This document shows, piece after piece, positions 1-9,320 of a DNA stretch of 64,000 bases. The stretch covers positions 34,437 through 98,436 of the forward strand of contig JAWCDE010000002.1 in NCBI GenBank assembly GCA_038861395.1, written 5' to 3'. The DNA is from Thermoproteota archaeon (GTDB lineage: Archaea; Thermoproteota; EX4484-205; JAAOZP01). The notes beneath the pieces were generated by a model. The model saw only the letters and a list, made by a program, of their open reading frames with translations, had not been told where the DNA came from and ran no database searches. Numbering within the stretch: the first letter of the stretch is position 1; each line of letters begins with the position of its first letter. Made by a program: the position numbers and the translations under genes.

Positions 1-430
1 TAAGCTTAACCTTCCATTCGGGAAACTTTTTCTTCAATATCTCTTCCACTTCCTTAACTGGGGCCGAGCCCTTGTGGGAAATTATAGTTGAAATGACAAC
101 GGCCAATCCAGCGATCTCATCTATCGACCAACCCAGGGTTTTCACGGCAGTCAGGCTTAGCTCATCCTTAAGCGTAACGTAAAACCTTGCTGTTGAGAGC
201 TTGCTTTCATCATCGCTCATGCTGAGCTCGCTTCCATCATCCGAAACAATCTTTATTGTTAATCCCAGTTCTTGGAAACGTGTGTTAAGAAACTTGATTA
301 TTGAAAGGTAACCTGGTCCAAGGTTTTTCTTAAGCTCCCATCCTTTAACTCCAGGAGTCCTATGGCTTTTAAACAATAAGAGCTGCACTGCCCGCGCAAC
401 TTTGCTCCTTATTCTTTCCCCCTGCTCCAA
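1..430 (-). CDS. ScpB-like winged-helix (kite-type) protein, partial (3' end beyond window edge)
   Basis: Not in the ORF track (no ATG, open to position 1). My minus-strand translation from TTG 430 (alt GTG 388) reads LEQGERIRSKVARAVQLLLFKSHRTPGVKGWELKKNLGPGYLSIIKFLNTRFQELGLTIKIVSDDG... The AVQLLLFKS..P pattern and the following L...F/Y...GL.I segment parallel the canonical ScpB at 14431 (VEAALFASGRPL...LIEEYRLRDTSLEIVE). It starts 12 nt after the stop of the kleisin-like gene, in the same frame. Confidence 0.45.
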   Translation of the reverse strand, partial: MEQGERIRSKVARAVQLLLFKSHRTPGVKGWELKKNLGPGYLSIIKFLNTRFQELGLTIKIVSDDGSELSMSDDESKLSTARFYVTLKDELSLTAVKTLGWSIDEIAGLAVVISTIISHKGSAPVKEVEEILKKKFPEWKVKL

Positions 431-442
431 GGCACCCGCCCC

Positions 443-1159
443 TTATATTGGTAGGGCTACGGAATGCTTTTCCACGTCTTTTGGAGTCGTCTTGAAAACC
501 CAGACCTTGTTGGTTAAGGGGTCTTGCATAACTCCTACTAAGCCCTTAGTCATGAGGAAGCTTAAGGCTAATGCTCTGAATACTTTCCTCTTCTCCCCTT
601 CCCCACTTATCAAAATATAATAGTCAACTGGATCCTGGCCCATCTCGTTTAAAATTTTCTCCATCTCGCTTTCGAAATCGGTTTCCTCCATTTTTAGAAG
701 CTCATTGAGCATGTTAATGGCACTAGGCATCGGGATTTCTCCCACCTCGGGCAACAAGTATTCTCTCAGACTAGCCCAGTAGCCATAGGCTGTTCGCATC
801 ACATTCATAGTGGCTTGCTCATTTTCAGCAACCGGTCTGAATGCTTTTAGGAAAGCCCCTGCAAGCCTCTGGCTATCAAGCCCCATGAGCCGTATTTCCA
901 TAAGGAAGGGGTCGAGATAGAGTCTGCTAGCCCTCTTCTTAACATCCTCCTGTTGGAGTAATATTATGTAGATTAATTTCAGCAGAGCAGCCATATTCAT
1001 CACCAGGGTTCTCTCATCCATTTCAAGCAGGCCTTCTCTAAGTCTCCTAAGGTTCTCTTTGACGTCTACGATAAAAGGGTCAATATTTTTCTCAATAACC
1101 TCATCGCAAAGACGAATTATTCTCTCGATCAACTCAACGTATTTGCTGATCGGCGGCAT
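443..1159 (-). CDS. kleisin (ScpA-like) protein, paralog of canonical ScpA
   Basis: 238 aa. The N-terminal helical segment NIDPFIVDVKENLRRL...LVMNMAALLKLIYIILLQ resembles the ScpA N-domain. The C-terminal KRKVFRALALSFLMTKGLVGVMQDPLTNKVWVF matches the kleisin C-terminal winged-helix pattern. It lies directly downstream of an SMC-like ATPase gene. Confidence 0.6.
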   Translation of the reverse strand: MPPISKYVELIERIIRLCDEVIEKNIDPFIVDVKENLRRLREGLLEMDERTLVMNMAALLKLIYIILLQQEDVKKRASRLYLDPFLMEIRLMGLDSQRLAGAFLKAFRPVAENEQATMNVMRTAYGYWASLREYLLPEVGEIPMPSAINMLNELLKMEETDFESEMEKILNEMGQDPVDYYILISGEGEKRKVFRALALSFLMTKGLVGVMQDPLTNKVWVFKTTPKDVEKHSVALPI

Positions 1160-1265
1160 TCAATTCAATCCCTCTAGCCGTGTAACCTGGGTTAATGGAA
1201 TAAATATAAACATAACCTTCAGAAGAGAACTTTATTCCCACTGTTTATAATGAAAAGCCTTATCT

Positions 1266-3047
1266 CTAGCTCTGTTCAACCTCAAGTACTCTCGACTCGT
1301 CTTGAACTTTTTGAACAACTATTATGTGCGCATCTTCGACAGGAGGAGGTGTTCCAGGTGTTATGCATAAGTATGCTACTCCAGGATTCTCTCTAACAAC
1401 TTCAGAGAGTATTTGGAAGAACTTTTTTCTCATGAGCGGGTCCATGTGCACATCTAACTCATCGATCCCCCTGATGCTTGATTTGACTAGTGACTGAAGG
1501 GCCATTAAGAAGGACACTACTGTTGCACTTCTCTCGCCACCGCTCTGAGTGTAGACGTTGAACTCCGTTAAAGGACCTCCCCCGAAGCTTACGAATATCA
1601 CGAGGCCAGCGTTATCAACATCTTCCATATTCACTAAACGTAAGTCACCGGTCCCACCCATGGTTTCCATATTCTTCTTAAAACTCTCGTTGATCTTTTC
1701 AACAACAGCCATCATCTTTCTCCTCCATATCTCCATTCTCTCTTTAAGCTCGTCTTCAGCAGCCATTCTGTTTTCAACGACAACTTTAACCTTCTGCTCA
1801 AGGTCACTATACACCTTAAGGTAATTTTTGTAAAACTCTTCCGCATTCTCTGAAACCGTGCCGAGAGAGGCTATTTGAATAATGCAGTCGTTAATCTTCT
1901 TCTCTATTACATCCGGTGGATCGACTTCTTTTGGCGGCTCGCCTTCAAGCTGACCCTTAACCTCGTTAATCTTCGATTCAATAGATCTTTCCTTCTCCTG
2001 AAGGCGGTGACGTTCAGCCTCCAGCTCTCTCAACCTATACTTTATTACCTCAGCCCTAACATTCAACTTCACGTACTTCCTTATCAACTTGGTTATCTCC
2101 TCGTCGAGCTTACTATACTCGTCGATGAGCCCTTCAACATCAGCCTTGCCTTCCGAGGCTTTGAAGAAAATCCCCTTCAGCTTCATCCTAGCCTTATTAA
2201 GGCTGTTCCAAACTTTCTCAGCCTTCTCGACGTTTCTCGAAGCAATTTTATTGCCTCTGTCAATCCTCTCCTCAATTTTGGAGATCCTCTCCCGGATCCT
2301 CAGTTTCTCGCCGTTAAGCTGGTTGAAAACACTCCACTTAAGAAGCCTGTTTAACTCAGCATGGAGCATCTGCAGCTCTCTTCTCTTAACAAGCTTCTCA
2401 TATTCTGCTCTCCACATCTCAAGGGTCTCACGGGCTTCGTTTAAAAGAGCCTCCACAGCCTTCTCTTCGCTTACGATCTTGCTTAATCTCTCTCTCGAAG
2501 CCTTTATATTATCCCTTAAGCCCGAAAGCCCGATAGCGCCCTCCACTAGCTTAAGCTTCTCAGAAGGGTCTAGTGATGCGAACTCCTCAATCATGTACTG
2601 ATGCATTATTATGAGCATGTTTGAAGGGTCTATTCCGAAAAGTGAAAGTATCTCGTCAACCTCCATCTTCGTAGCAGGATTGTAATTTATCTGGCTCCAA
2701 TATTCTCCGTCTCTCCTTAAATACCTAGTTATAACGAGCTCGTCGGATCTTACGAAGGACACTGGCCTCTTACCGTCAATCCCTGGAGAGTTATCGAATA
2801 TCAGTGTAACTCTAGCAATATCCTCGCCAATCCTTATCAGATCGCTCAGTTTCTCAGCCCTGCCACTGCGCGACTGGCCGAGGCCGACTGAAATCCCCCA
2901 GAGAATCGAAGATTTTCCGGAGCCATTAGGGCCAAGAATAAGATTAAGTCCGGGGCGAATGGTAATCTTACTATAACGATAACTCATGAAGTTCTCTAAA
3001 ATCACCTCTTTCAATCGAAGCCTTTTTTGTTGTTCTACTGTTTCCAC
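1266..3047 (-). CDS. short SMC/Rad50-superfamily ATPase (593 aa) with coiled-coil insert, no hinge or zinc hook seen
   Basis: N-terminal Walker A LILGPNGSGKSSILWG. C-terminal ABC signature QSGGERSATVVSFLMAL and Walker B SSIRGIDELDVHMD. About 300 aa of K/E/L/R-rich heptad-like sequence lies between the head halves. There is no CxxC hook and no globular hinge-like stretch. Confidence 0.75.
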   Translation of the reverse strand: METVEQQKRLRLKEVILENFMSYRYSKITIRPGLNLILGPNGSGKSSILWGISVGLGQSRSGRAEKLSDLIRIGEDIARVTLIFDNSPGIDGKRPVSFVRSDELVITRYLRRDGEYWSQINYNPATKMEVDEILSLFGIDPSNMLIIMHQYMIEEFASLDPSEKLKLVEGAIGLSGLRDNIKASRERLSKIVSEEKAVEALLNEARETLEMWRAEYEKLVKRRELQMLHAELNRLLKWSVFNQLNGEKLRIRERISKIEERIDRGNKIASRNVEKAEKVWNSLNKARMKLKGIFFKASEGKADVEGLIDEYSKLDEEITKLIRKYVKLNVRAEVIKYRLRELEAERHRLQEKERSIESKINEVKGQLEGEPPKEVDPPDVIEKKINDCIIQIASLGTVSENAEEFYKNYLKVYSDLEQKVKVVVENRMAAEDELKERMEIWRRKMMAVVEKINESFKKNMETMGGTGDLRLVNMEDVDNAGLVIFVSFGGGPLTEFNVYTQSGGERSATVVSFLMALQSLVKSSIRGIDELDVHMDPLMRKKFFQILSEVVRENPGVAYLCITPGTPPPVEDAHIIVVQKVQDESRVLEVEQS

Positions 3048-3124
3048 CGATGTCTGGTTTCTTTAGGCTTAGATAAGGATTTTCGCCGACGGAAAATGGT
3101 TAAAAGCTGATTATAAGGCTTAAT

Positions 3125-3829
3125 GTGTGGATGGTTACTGCAGGCAAGATATTCAGGCTCGACGAATACTTGTCTCAAAACGAGCTTGCTCAGAGGCTTA
3201 AGGGGTATAGGGTTGAAACCCCGCTGGAAGGAACTGATTTAACGCTCGTTTCCGAGGTTACTGGCCTTAGGGCCTCTCAAAACATGCTGGAAGGGGTTTT
3301 GAGCAGGGATATTCCTGTAACTTTGAGAAGAAGGGATAAGACGGAAATCGCTATTAAGACCGTTGACTCCGTCTTCAGCTTTGTTTTCCGGAAGAAGAGA
3401 GTTTTCCTCATAGTGTTAGAGAAGAAGCCTGTTGCAAACATGGTTGCCAATATGTTCAGCCAGATAATATTTCTTAAAAGCGGGAAGATAGTTGAGGCAA
3501 GAATCTCCCCGAAGGTTATGCTAGACTACCATAATGCTAATAGTGATGCTGCTAAAGTTGTTTTCTTCGACAATGTTGACATACCTAACATAGAGAAACT
3601 ATCCTTGTACGGGCCTTCGCTAGCGAACACTAGCCTGTTCGCAGAGTATTTGAAGCATGGGGATATATGGTATGTAGTGATTTCCCATCGTAAATCAGGC
3701 TATGTTGCCGGAATCACTAGAGACGGCGTGGTAACTATTTTCAGCAAGGTCGATCCAGCTTCATTCATAAATTTCTCCATTGAGGAGATTATTCCGCTTA
3801 TTGAAGAATCCGAGTCCTCTAAGACGTAG
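3125..3829 (+). CDS. hypothetical protein (234 aa), divergent from the SMC-like operon
   Basis: Long ORF with no competing ORF and no motif I recognise. It shares a 77-bp intergenic region with the SMC-like gene. Confidence 0.5.
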   Translation: MWMVTAGKIFRLDEYLSQNELAQRLKGYRVETPLEGTDLTLVSEVTGLRASQNMLEGVLSRDIPVTLRRRDKTEIAIKTVDSVFSFVFRKKRVFLIVLEKKPVANMVANMFSQIIFLKSGKIVEARISPKVMLDYHNANSDAAKVVFFDNVDIPNIEKLSLYGPSLANTSLFAEYLKHGDIWYVVISHRKSGYVAGITRDGVVTIFSKVDPASFINFSIEEIIPLIEESESSKT

Positions 3830-4409
3830 ATACGAGGGTTTCGTATTCGCTTTCTGTTAGAGCATCAAGCTTCCTCAGGCTTTCAACAAGATTTCTAAAC
3901 TCGAACACATAGTGGAGCTCTACGCCTTTTTTCCTAAACTTTTCGGCAGCGTTCTTACTCTGACACACTATTACCACAGCATCCTCAACGACTCCCCCCT
4001 CCGATACGATCTTATCAACAGCCTTCGATACCTGTCTACCTGTTGAAACAAAGTCGTCTATTATAAGCACTTTATCACCCATCTTGAATAACCCCTCTAC
4101 AGACTTGGCTTTTCCCTCTCTGAGAAGCAACATCGGCTTACCGGTTTTGAGGGAAACGTAGGAGGCATATGGTACTCCGGCTAATGGGACTCCTAGTACA
4201 GAGTTGAACTTCTCAACTCCGACCTCTTTTCTAACAACCTCAACCATCCTCCTTGCAACCCTATTGAAAACCCTGGGATTGCTTAGGACGACTGTTAAAT
4301 CAAGTACGAAAGGTTGTAAAACACCTTCATCCGTTTTCTCAGGCCATATGAGGAACCCTCCTGTCTGAACAAGGCTTTTAGCAACGAGGTCAACTAAGCT
4401 TGTAGACAA
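3819..4409 (-). CDS. phosphoribosyltransferase, orotate-PRTase-like
   Basis: Type I PRTase PRPP-binding motif VLIIDDFVSTGRQV. Length (196 aa) and layout are PyrE-like. Confidence 0.6.
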   Translation of the reverse strand: MSTSLVDLVAKSLVQTGGFLIWPEKTDEGVLQPFVLDLTVVLSNPRVFNRVARRMVEVVRKEVGVEKFNSVLGVPLAGVPYASYVSLKTGKPMLLLREGKAKSVEGLFKMGDKVLIIDDFVSTGRQVSKAVDKIVSEGGVVEDAVVIVCQSKNAAEKFRKKGVELHYVFEFRNLVESLRKLDALTESEYETLVSTS

Positions 4410-5070
4410 AGGGCTTCCCTACTTCGAGTATTGCAAGCTCTGTCTTTAAGCCTTTCTTTTTAACAACCCGCTGAATACCCTTCACGTTTTCCCCATGGCA
4501 GGGGATTATCAGCTTAGATTCAGTATTGCTCACGGATTCGAGAAATGATGCTATACTGGCCTTGGGGTTGAAACCCACTGGAAGGAAAGTGATGTCAGGC
4601 CTCTCCTCCTTAGTTATCTTGCTTAATGTCTTCGATATTAAGGATTGGCCTGTTTGAAACAGCTTACAGCCATTTTCAAGAGTTATCATGTAGGTTACTG
4701 GTGTGGATGCCTCACGGTTTTCACTAGGGTATGATTTTATAACCAGGCCTTCACTCACTAAGAGCTTATTGGGTGCCGCTGGAATAAGCATTTCTTTAGG
4801 TATCTGCGACCGGAGTATTCTGTAGCTTGTCTCGTCTGCGATTATCTTCCCTACCTTCTTCAGACAATGCAGCTCCATTATCACGTTCTCATCGAAACTC
4901 TCCGGCTGCTCGTCTGTTATCAGAACGTAATCTAGTGATTCGACACTACTAACATCTATTTCTGAAGGGTTTGTGAGAAGCCTTTGGGTTTGCGTAACGA
5001 TGTAAACGCAGGAATACTTGTTTAACCTAATCAGCACGACTTCAGATTTACCTGGTTTTATAATGCTCAA
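4390..5070 (-). CDS. metallo-beta-lactamase-fold-like protein with degenerate metal motif
   Basis: Layout resembles UPF0173/MBL proteins (C-terminal IIPCHGENV). The HxHxDH position reads LITDEQPESFD, so catalytic histidines appear lost. Weak call. Confidence 0.35.
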   Translation of the reverse strand: MSIIKPGKSEVVLIRLNKYSCVYIVTQTQRLLTNPSEIDVSSVESLDYVLITDEQPESFDENVIMELHCLKKVGKIIADETSYRILRSQIPKEMLIPAAPNKLLVSEGLVIKSYPSENREASTPVTYMITLENGCKLFQTGQSLISKTLSKITKEERPDITFLPVGFNPKASIASFLESVSNTESKLIIPCHGENVKGIQRVVKKKGLKTELAILEVGKPFVYKLS

Positions 5071-5144
5071 ACCCTCGCTGTTCTATCGAGTTCTTTTTAA
5101 AAAGGCTAATAAGTGTTTCTCATTTTTATAACCATGAAAAGCTC

Positions 5145-6563
5145 TTAGGCTCTTCCAATCTCCTTATGCAACCTCTCGTGAAACACCCTTACCCTACTCC
5201 TCCACTCTCTAAATCCTTCAACAGGGGGATAGTTGATGTACAGCTGCCTGAAATCCTCCATGAGCTGAGCAGTCTTGTTAAGCCTCGCTAGGAACCATGG
5301 TTTACCGATTCCGGCGAAGAATCTAGATGCCTTTTCAGTAATGTTAAGCCTCAGCTTCTCGCCCATGCTTGTCTTCAAAAGGTCTTCGCTCTTAATAAGA
5401 CCCTGGGCCAGACCGTAGTTTATCAACTCGTTGTTCAGACTCTGTAGGAATATCCTGAAGACGTCTAGAGCCGCCTGCTTAGCACCGTATTTACTCATGT
5501 ATTGAGCGTTGAAGTCCCATAACGCAGCCTCGTCTTCACGGCCGTTCTCCAGAGCCTCGGCGATAACCTTGGCAGCAAGAAAACCGCCGGTCATGGATGA
5601 GCCTATGCCACCGCCGTGCACAGGGTTAACCATGAAGGCTGCATCACCCACGGCGATGAAACCATTCCACACTGCTGAGTCTATTGGTCTCCTCGCTGGC
5701 ACTACTCCACCGCCTCTGTGTATGGCCCTCCTGATTTTCCCTTTCAGGCAGGGGAGTTTCTCAACCCATTTCTCGAAAAGAAGCCTGGGGTTAGCAGCGT
5801 TTCTAACAACACCCAGACCAGTGTTTACTCTGTTCTCACCCTCCGGGAAAACCCAGAAATAACCACCTGGAGCATCCTCCATGTCTAAGTATATCGTTGG
5901 TAACGGGGGAGCATTTTCTGTTTCCAATATCTCCCTGTAGCAGACAAGCGTCTCGTCATCGTCAAGCTCCTGGTCGAAGCCAAGGGTCTTGAGGTCTTTA
6001 GAGAGAATTCTAGAACCCCCCGTAGCGTCCACAGTCACTTTAGCATAAACCTCCTCCTTGGAACCATCCTTGAGGTTAAGGAGCCGAACCCCTTTCACAA
6101 ATCCATCTTGTATAATCAGACCGTTAGCATGCGTATCCGACTTGAACTCGCACCCTGAGTCCAGTGCAAGCTTGAGAAGGAATTGACCGAATTCAGCCCT
6201 GTTCAAAGCGTATGCGCTCAATCCTTCAGCCACTATGCTTAGCCGACTCTTCATGTCTGGAGAGTAGATTTCTATCCCAGGGTAAACGGCGAAATAAGAT
6301 TCTCTAGGTAGGCTTAGTCCAAGCCTCTCCACATGATGAGACCCTAAGGCGTCTCCGCAAACCTTGTCGCCAACCCTGTTTGCCGGTAGCCTATCCACCA
6401 GCAGTACTTTAAGCCCTTTTTTCGCCGCCTCCCTAGCCAGCGTTGCACCAGCCACGCCGGAGCCGGCTACGCATACGTCGTACAATCTGGCTTCCGGATT
6501 ACTCGGCAGAATAAAAAAGTTTCCCAATAGCTTTAAAGCGACCTGATTAACTTGGAAAAACAT
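5145..6563 (-). CDS. geranylgeranyl reductase family FAD-dependent oxidoreductase
   Basis: N-terminal dinucleotide-binding motif YDVCVAGSGVAGATLAREAAKKGLKVLLVDR. The size (472 aa) is typical of archaeal digeranylgeranylglycerophospholipid reductases. The true start may be downstream of 6563, because it overlaps the trm1 start. Confidence 0.75.
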   Translation of the reverse strand: MFFQVNQVALKLLGNFFILPSNPEARLYDVCVAGSGVAGATLAREAAKKGLKVLLVDRLPANRVGDKVCGDALGSHHVERLGLSLPRESYFAVYPGIEIYSPDMKSRLSIVAEGLSAYALNRAEFGQFLLKLALDSGCEFKSDTHANGLIIQDGFVKGVRLLNLKDGSKEEVYAKVTVDATGGSRILSKDLKTLGFDQELDDDETLVCYREILETENAPPLPTIYLDMEDAPGGYFWVFPEGENRVNTGLGVVRNAANPRLLFEKWVEKLPCLKGKIRRAIHRGGGVVPARRPIDSAVWNGFIAVGDAAFMVNPVHGGGIGSSMTGGFLAAKVIAEALENGREDEAALWDFNAQYMSKYGAKQAALDVFRIFLQSLNNELINYGLAQGLIKSEDLLKTSMGEKLRLNITEKASRFFAGIGKPWFLARLNKTAQLMEDFRQLYINYPPVEGFREWRSRVRVFHERLHKEIGRA

Positions 6564-7751
6564 GTAGGAAATTTGAAGAGGCTAGATTTTGAAACAGTTA
6601 CGGTTATAGAGGGGAAAGCAGAGATAATCGTGCCAAAACTGGATTACTACAGAGTTTCACCAAACGAATACGTGCCGTCGAAAGCACCAGTATTCTACAA
6701 TCCCTTGATGAAGGAGAATAGGGATTTGACTATTGCCGTCGCAAGCATAATGAGAGGAGAAAACGGCCGCAAGCTTGTTTTCGGCGATTCTATGGCGGGA
6801 GTAGGCGTTAGGTCGATAAGGATACTTTTGGAAGCGGGTTGGGATGAAGCCTATGTGAACGACAATAGTGAGAGAGCTTTTGCAAGCATAGTTTTAAACT
6901 TAGAGAAAAACGGTTTGGTTGAGAGAACGCATGTATCTAAAATCGACGCAAACCTTTTCCACGCGGAACACTCTTCCCCAGGAACCAGGTTTGACATGCT
7001 TGACATAGACCCCTTTGGAACGCCTGTTAGATTCCTGGATACCGGGGTTCGAGCAGTTAAGCATGGAGGCCTCATCAGTATTACTGCCACGGATACAGCC
7101 AACCTCTTTGGAGTCCATAAGAGAGCTGCCAAGATACTCTATGGAGTTAATGTTTTTAAAACAGGGTTCATGAGGGAAATGGGAATCAGGGTTCTGCTCA
7201 AGACTCTTGCAGAAGCTGCTGCTAGAAGCGAGAGGGGGGTCGAGCCTATAGTATCCGTTGCCAGTAGGCATTACGTGAAGATAATTGCAAGAGTTTTAAA
7301 AGGGAGGAAACATGCTTTTCAAGCGGTTTCGAAAATCGGTTTCCTCAGAGTGAGGAGGGTTAACGGCATCTATGAGCCGATGGGCCCAGCAGACCTGTCG
7401 GGGACCCGGGTGGGCGATTCCTGCATTCTGCTGGGCCCCCTGTATTTGGGAGAAGTTTTTTCCAGAAGCTGGGTTGAAAAAATAGCTGTAGAAACAGTTG
7501 AGAAGAACTGGCTGGATGAGAAGATCTCCAAGATCGCTAGCAGCCTTCTCTTAGACGATCAGAAGACTCTGGGAGGAATTGACCTCGTGGGCTTGGCATC
7601 TAGCCTCCGCATAGCCCCTCCAAGCATCAGGACCGTTATTGAAAAACTTTTGGAAAAAGGATTCCAGGCATGCAGAAGCGGTTTTGATGCAAATTGCATA
7701 AGGACTGATGCAGGACTAAACGATTTGGTAAAAATTGTTAAGAGCCTTTGA
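6552..7751 (+). CDS. trm1: tRNA (guanine26-N2)-dimethyltransferase Trm1
   Basis: Trm1 family signature FYNPLMKENRDLTI. SAM-MTase core follows, then a C-terminal domain. 399 aa. Confidence 0.8.
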   Translation: MEKHVGNLKRLDFETVTVIEGKAEIIVPKLDYYRVSPNEYVPSKAPVFYNPLMKENRDLTIAVASIMRGENGRKLVFGDSMAGVGVRSIRILLEAGWDEAYVNDNSERAFASIVLNLEKNGLVERTHVSKIDANLFHAEHSSPGTRFDMLDIDPFGTPVRFLDTGVRAVKHGGLISITATDTANLFGVHKRAAKILYGVNVFKTGFMREMGIRVLLKTLAEAAARSERGVEPIVSVASRHYVKIIARVLKGRKHAFQAVSKIGFLRVRRVNGIYEPMGPADLSGTRVGDSCILLGPLYLGEVFSRSWVEKIAVETVEKNWLDEKISKIASSLLLDDQKTLGGIDLVGLASSLRIAPPSIRTVIEKLLEKGFQACRSGFDANCIRTDAGLNDLVKIVKSL

Positions 7752-8370
7752 AAAATCTTGCAACGAGATAGTATTCAGAACTGCCTTTTCGAGAAGCCTT
7801 CGGCTTAACCCTCTTCACAAATTTAAACATTCTAAATACCTTTCTGTCAACTCTGCGAGCATACTGTCCTTCAAAAATTTTTATAACTAAACAACCGCCT
7901 TTTCTCAAAAGGTCCTTCAAAAGGCTGATTACTCTCTCAACCATTTCTATCTGCCTTGCATGATCTATTTCATAAATGCCTGACATGTTTGGAGAAAGGT
8001 CTGAGAGAACAACGTCAAACTTACCTCCCGATATCCTCATTACTTTGTTCGTGAAGTCCTCGTCGAAAACGTTGAGAACGCATGTTTTAACATTCTCCAA
8101 CTCTAAATCTTCAACGGGCTTTAAGTCCACGCCTAGGACCATTCCCGAGTCTCCAACGTGTTGAGAAGCCACTTGAAGCCACCCGCCTGGAGCACATCCT
8201 ATATCTAGTACATTGTCTCCGGGTTTTATAATCCTGTACTTGCCGATTATTTGTTTGAGCTTGAAAGAGGCTCTGCTACGGTAGCCCTCTTTCTTAGAGA
8301 GGATGAAGTACGGGTCATTTCTCCTCTCGTGCAACCAGCGCCTCTTTGACTTCAACCCCAGTGCCTCCAA
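7738..8370 (-). CDS. rlmE: rRNA 2'-O-methyltransferase RlmE/FtsJ
   Basis: RNDPYFILSKKEGYRSRASFKLKQI, SAM motif LDIGCAPGGWLQV and DVVLSDLSPNMSG. Confidence 0.85.
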   Translation of the reverse strand: MEALGLKSKRRWLHERRNDPYFILSKKEGYRSRASFKLKQIIGKYRIIKPGDNVLDIGCAPGGWLQVASQHVGDSGMVLGVDLKPVEDLELENVKTCVLNVFDEDFTNKVMRISGGKFDVVLSDLSPNMSGIYEIDHARQIEMVERVISLLKDLLRKGGCLVIKIFEGQYARRVDRKVFRMFKFVKRVKPKASRKGSSEYYLVARFFKGS

Positions 8371-8728
8371 GCTCTATCGTGAGCACCCATCTATCTAGCA
8401 ACTCGCAACGCTCCGGGCTTACGACAGAGTCCGAGGCGCAGCCCCTATTGAAGTACTGGCAGGAGAAGCACGGCGAGCCTTTCAGAGAGTCTATCTTCGG
8501 TATTTTCCGGGTTGAGTAAAGCTTGTACGTCCACCTCTCCTTGTGTAAAACTTTCTCTCTCCTTATAAGACCCCACGATTCTAGTTTTAAACATATTCTG
8601 GAGCCTTCTCTACTAGAGATGTTGAGCATCTTGTATAGGTCTGTCTGCACAATACCGTCCTTAGATCGCATTATTATGTTAAGGACCTTGCCCTCTAGCC
8701 TATATCTCCTTGAGGCCTTTCTCACCAC
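8315..8728 (-). CDS. winged-helix DNA-binding protein with C-terminal Cys cluster
   Basis: wHTH-like GIVQTDLYKMLNISSREGSRICLKLESWGLIRRE followed by CFSCQYFNRGC...C. It overlaps the rlmE start by 56 nt. Confidence 0.45.
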   Translation of the reverse strand: MVRKASRRYRLEGKVLNIIMRSKDGIVQTDLYKMLNISSREGSRICLKLESWGLIRREKVLHKERWTYKLYSTRKIPKIDSLKGSPCFSCQYFNRGCASDSVVSPERCELLDRWVLTIELGGTGVEVKEALVAREEK

Positions 8729-8793
8729 CGGAGTTTCACCGTCTTATTAAAAGCGTTTAAAAGCTATAAAGGTTTCTAAGGCTCTATTAAGTT

Positions 8794-9027
8794 TCACCTT
8801 TTACTTGGTTTAAAAAACAGGACATCGCCCTTCTTAAGACCCTTAACCCCCTTTCTTAAAACGATTACTGCATAAGGCTCTTTGACAGGGCCTATTATGT
8901 CGGTAACGTTTCCCACAGGCTTCCTCGAACCGTTTAGGACAGTGGAACCAAGACTAACCAAGCCCTCCAGCTTTACTACGGCGATTCTCCCGCTAACAAC
9001 ATTTTCAACAAGCCCCTTACGCTTCAA
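8794..9027 (-). CDS. gar1: H/ACA RNP component Gar1
   Basis: 77 aa. VGNVTDIIGPVKEPYAVIV matches the archaeal Gar1 core (G.V.D.fGPv..PY). Confidence 0.8.
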   Translation of the reverse strand: MKRKGLVENVVSGRIAVVKLEGLVSLGSTVLNGSRKPVGNVTDIIGPVKEPYAVIVLRKGVKGLKKGDVLFFKPSKR

Positions 9028-9320
9028 CCGCCTACACTCCTAAGGATTCTGCCGATTTCTTGGATAAGGCTTCTCTTACTCAAACCATTACAGAATACGA
9101 CTATCCTGCCCGATTTAGTGTTGCTCATCCTAGGGTAGGTTTTCTCCGATTCTATCATCGTTCTGAAACCAAGCTTGTCGCAAGCCTCTTTAATCCTGAT
9201 TAAACTTGGAGAGCTTACTGCAAGACTCTTAGGGACACGCCTTCCATTTTTACGCGAGAGTTTTGAATCAAAATATTGAGGATAAATTATTACGTAACGA
9301 TCTTTTGAAATCCTCTTCAT
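9024..9320 (-). CDS. srp19: signal recognition particle protein SRP19
   Basis: IIYPQYFDSKLSRKNGRRVPKSLAV is the typical SRP19 N-terminus. 98 aa. Confidence 0.85.
   Translation of the reverse strand: MKRISKDRYVIIYPQYFDSKLSRKNGRRVPKSLAVSSPSLIRIKEACDKLGFRTMIESEKTYPRMSNTKSGRIVVFCNGLSKRSLIQEIGRILRSVGG

Noticed and set aside
402-620. 72-aa plus-strand ORF at the kleisin/ScpB-like junction, and other short track ORFs (e.g. 1059..1250, 5509..5862, 53044..53476).
   Set aside because: All are embedded antisense or out of frame in longer motif-supported genes and show no features of their own.
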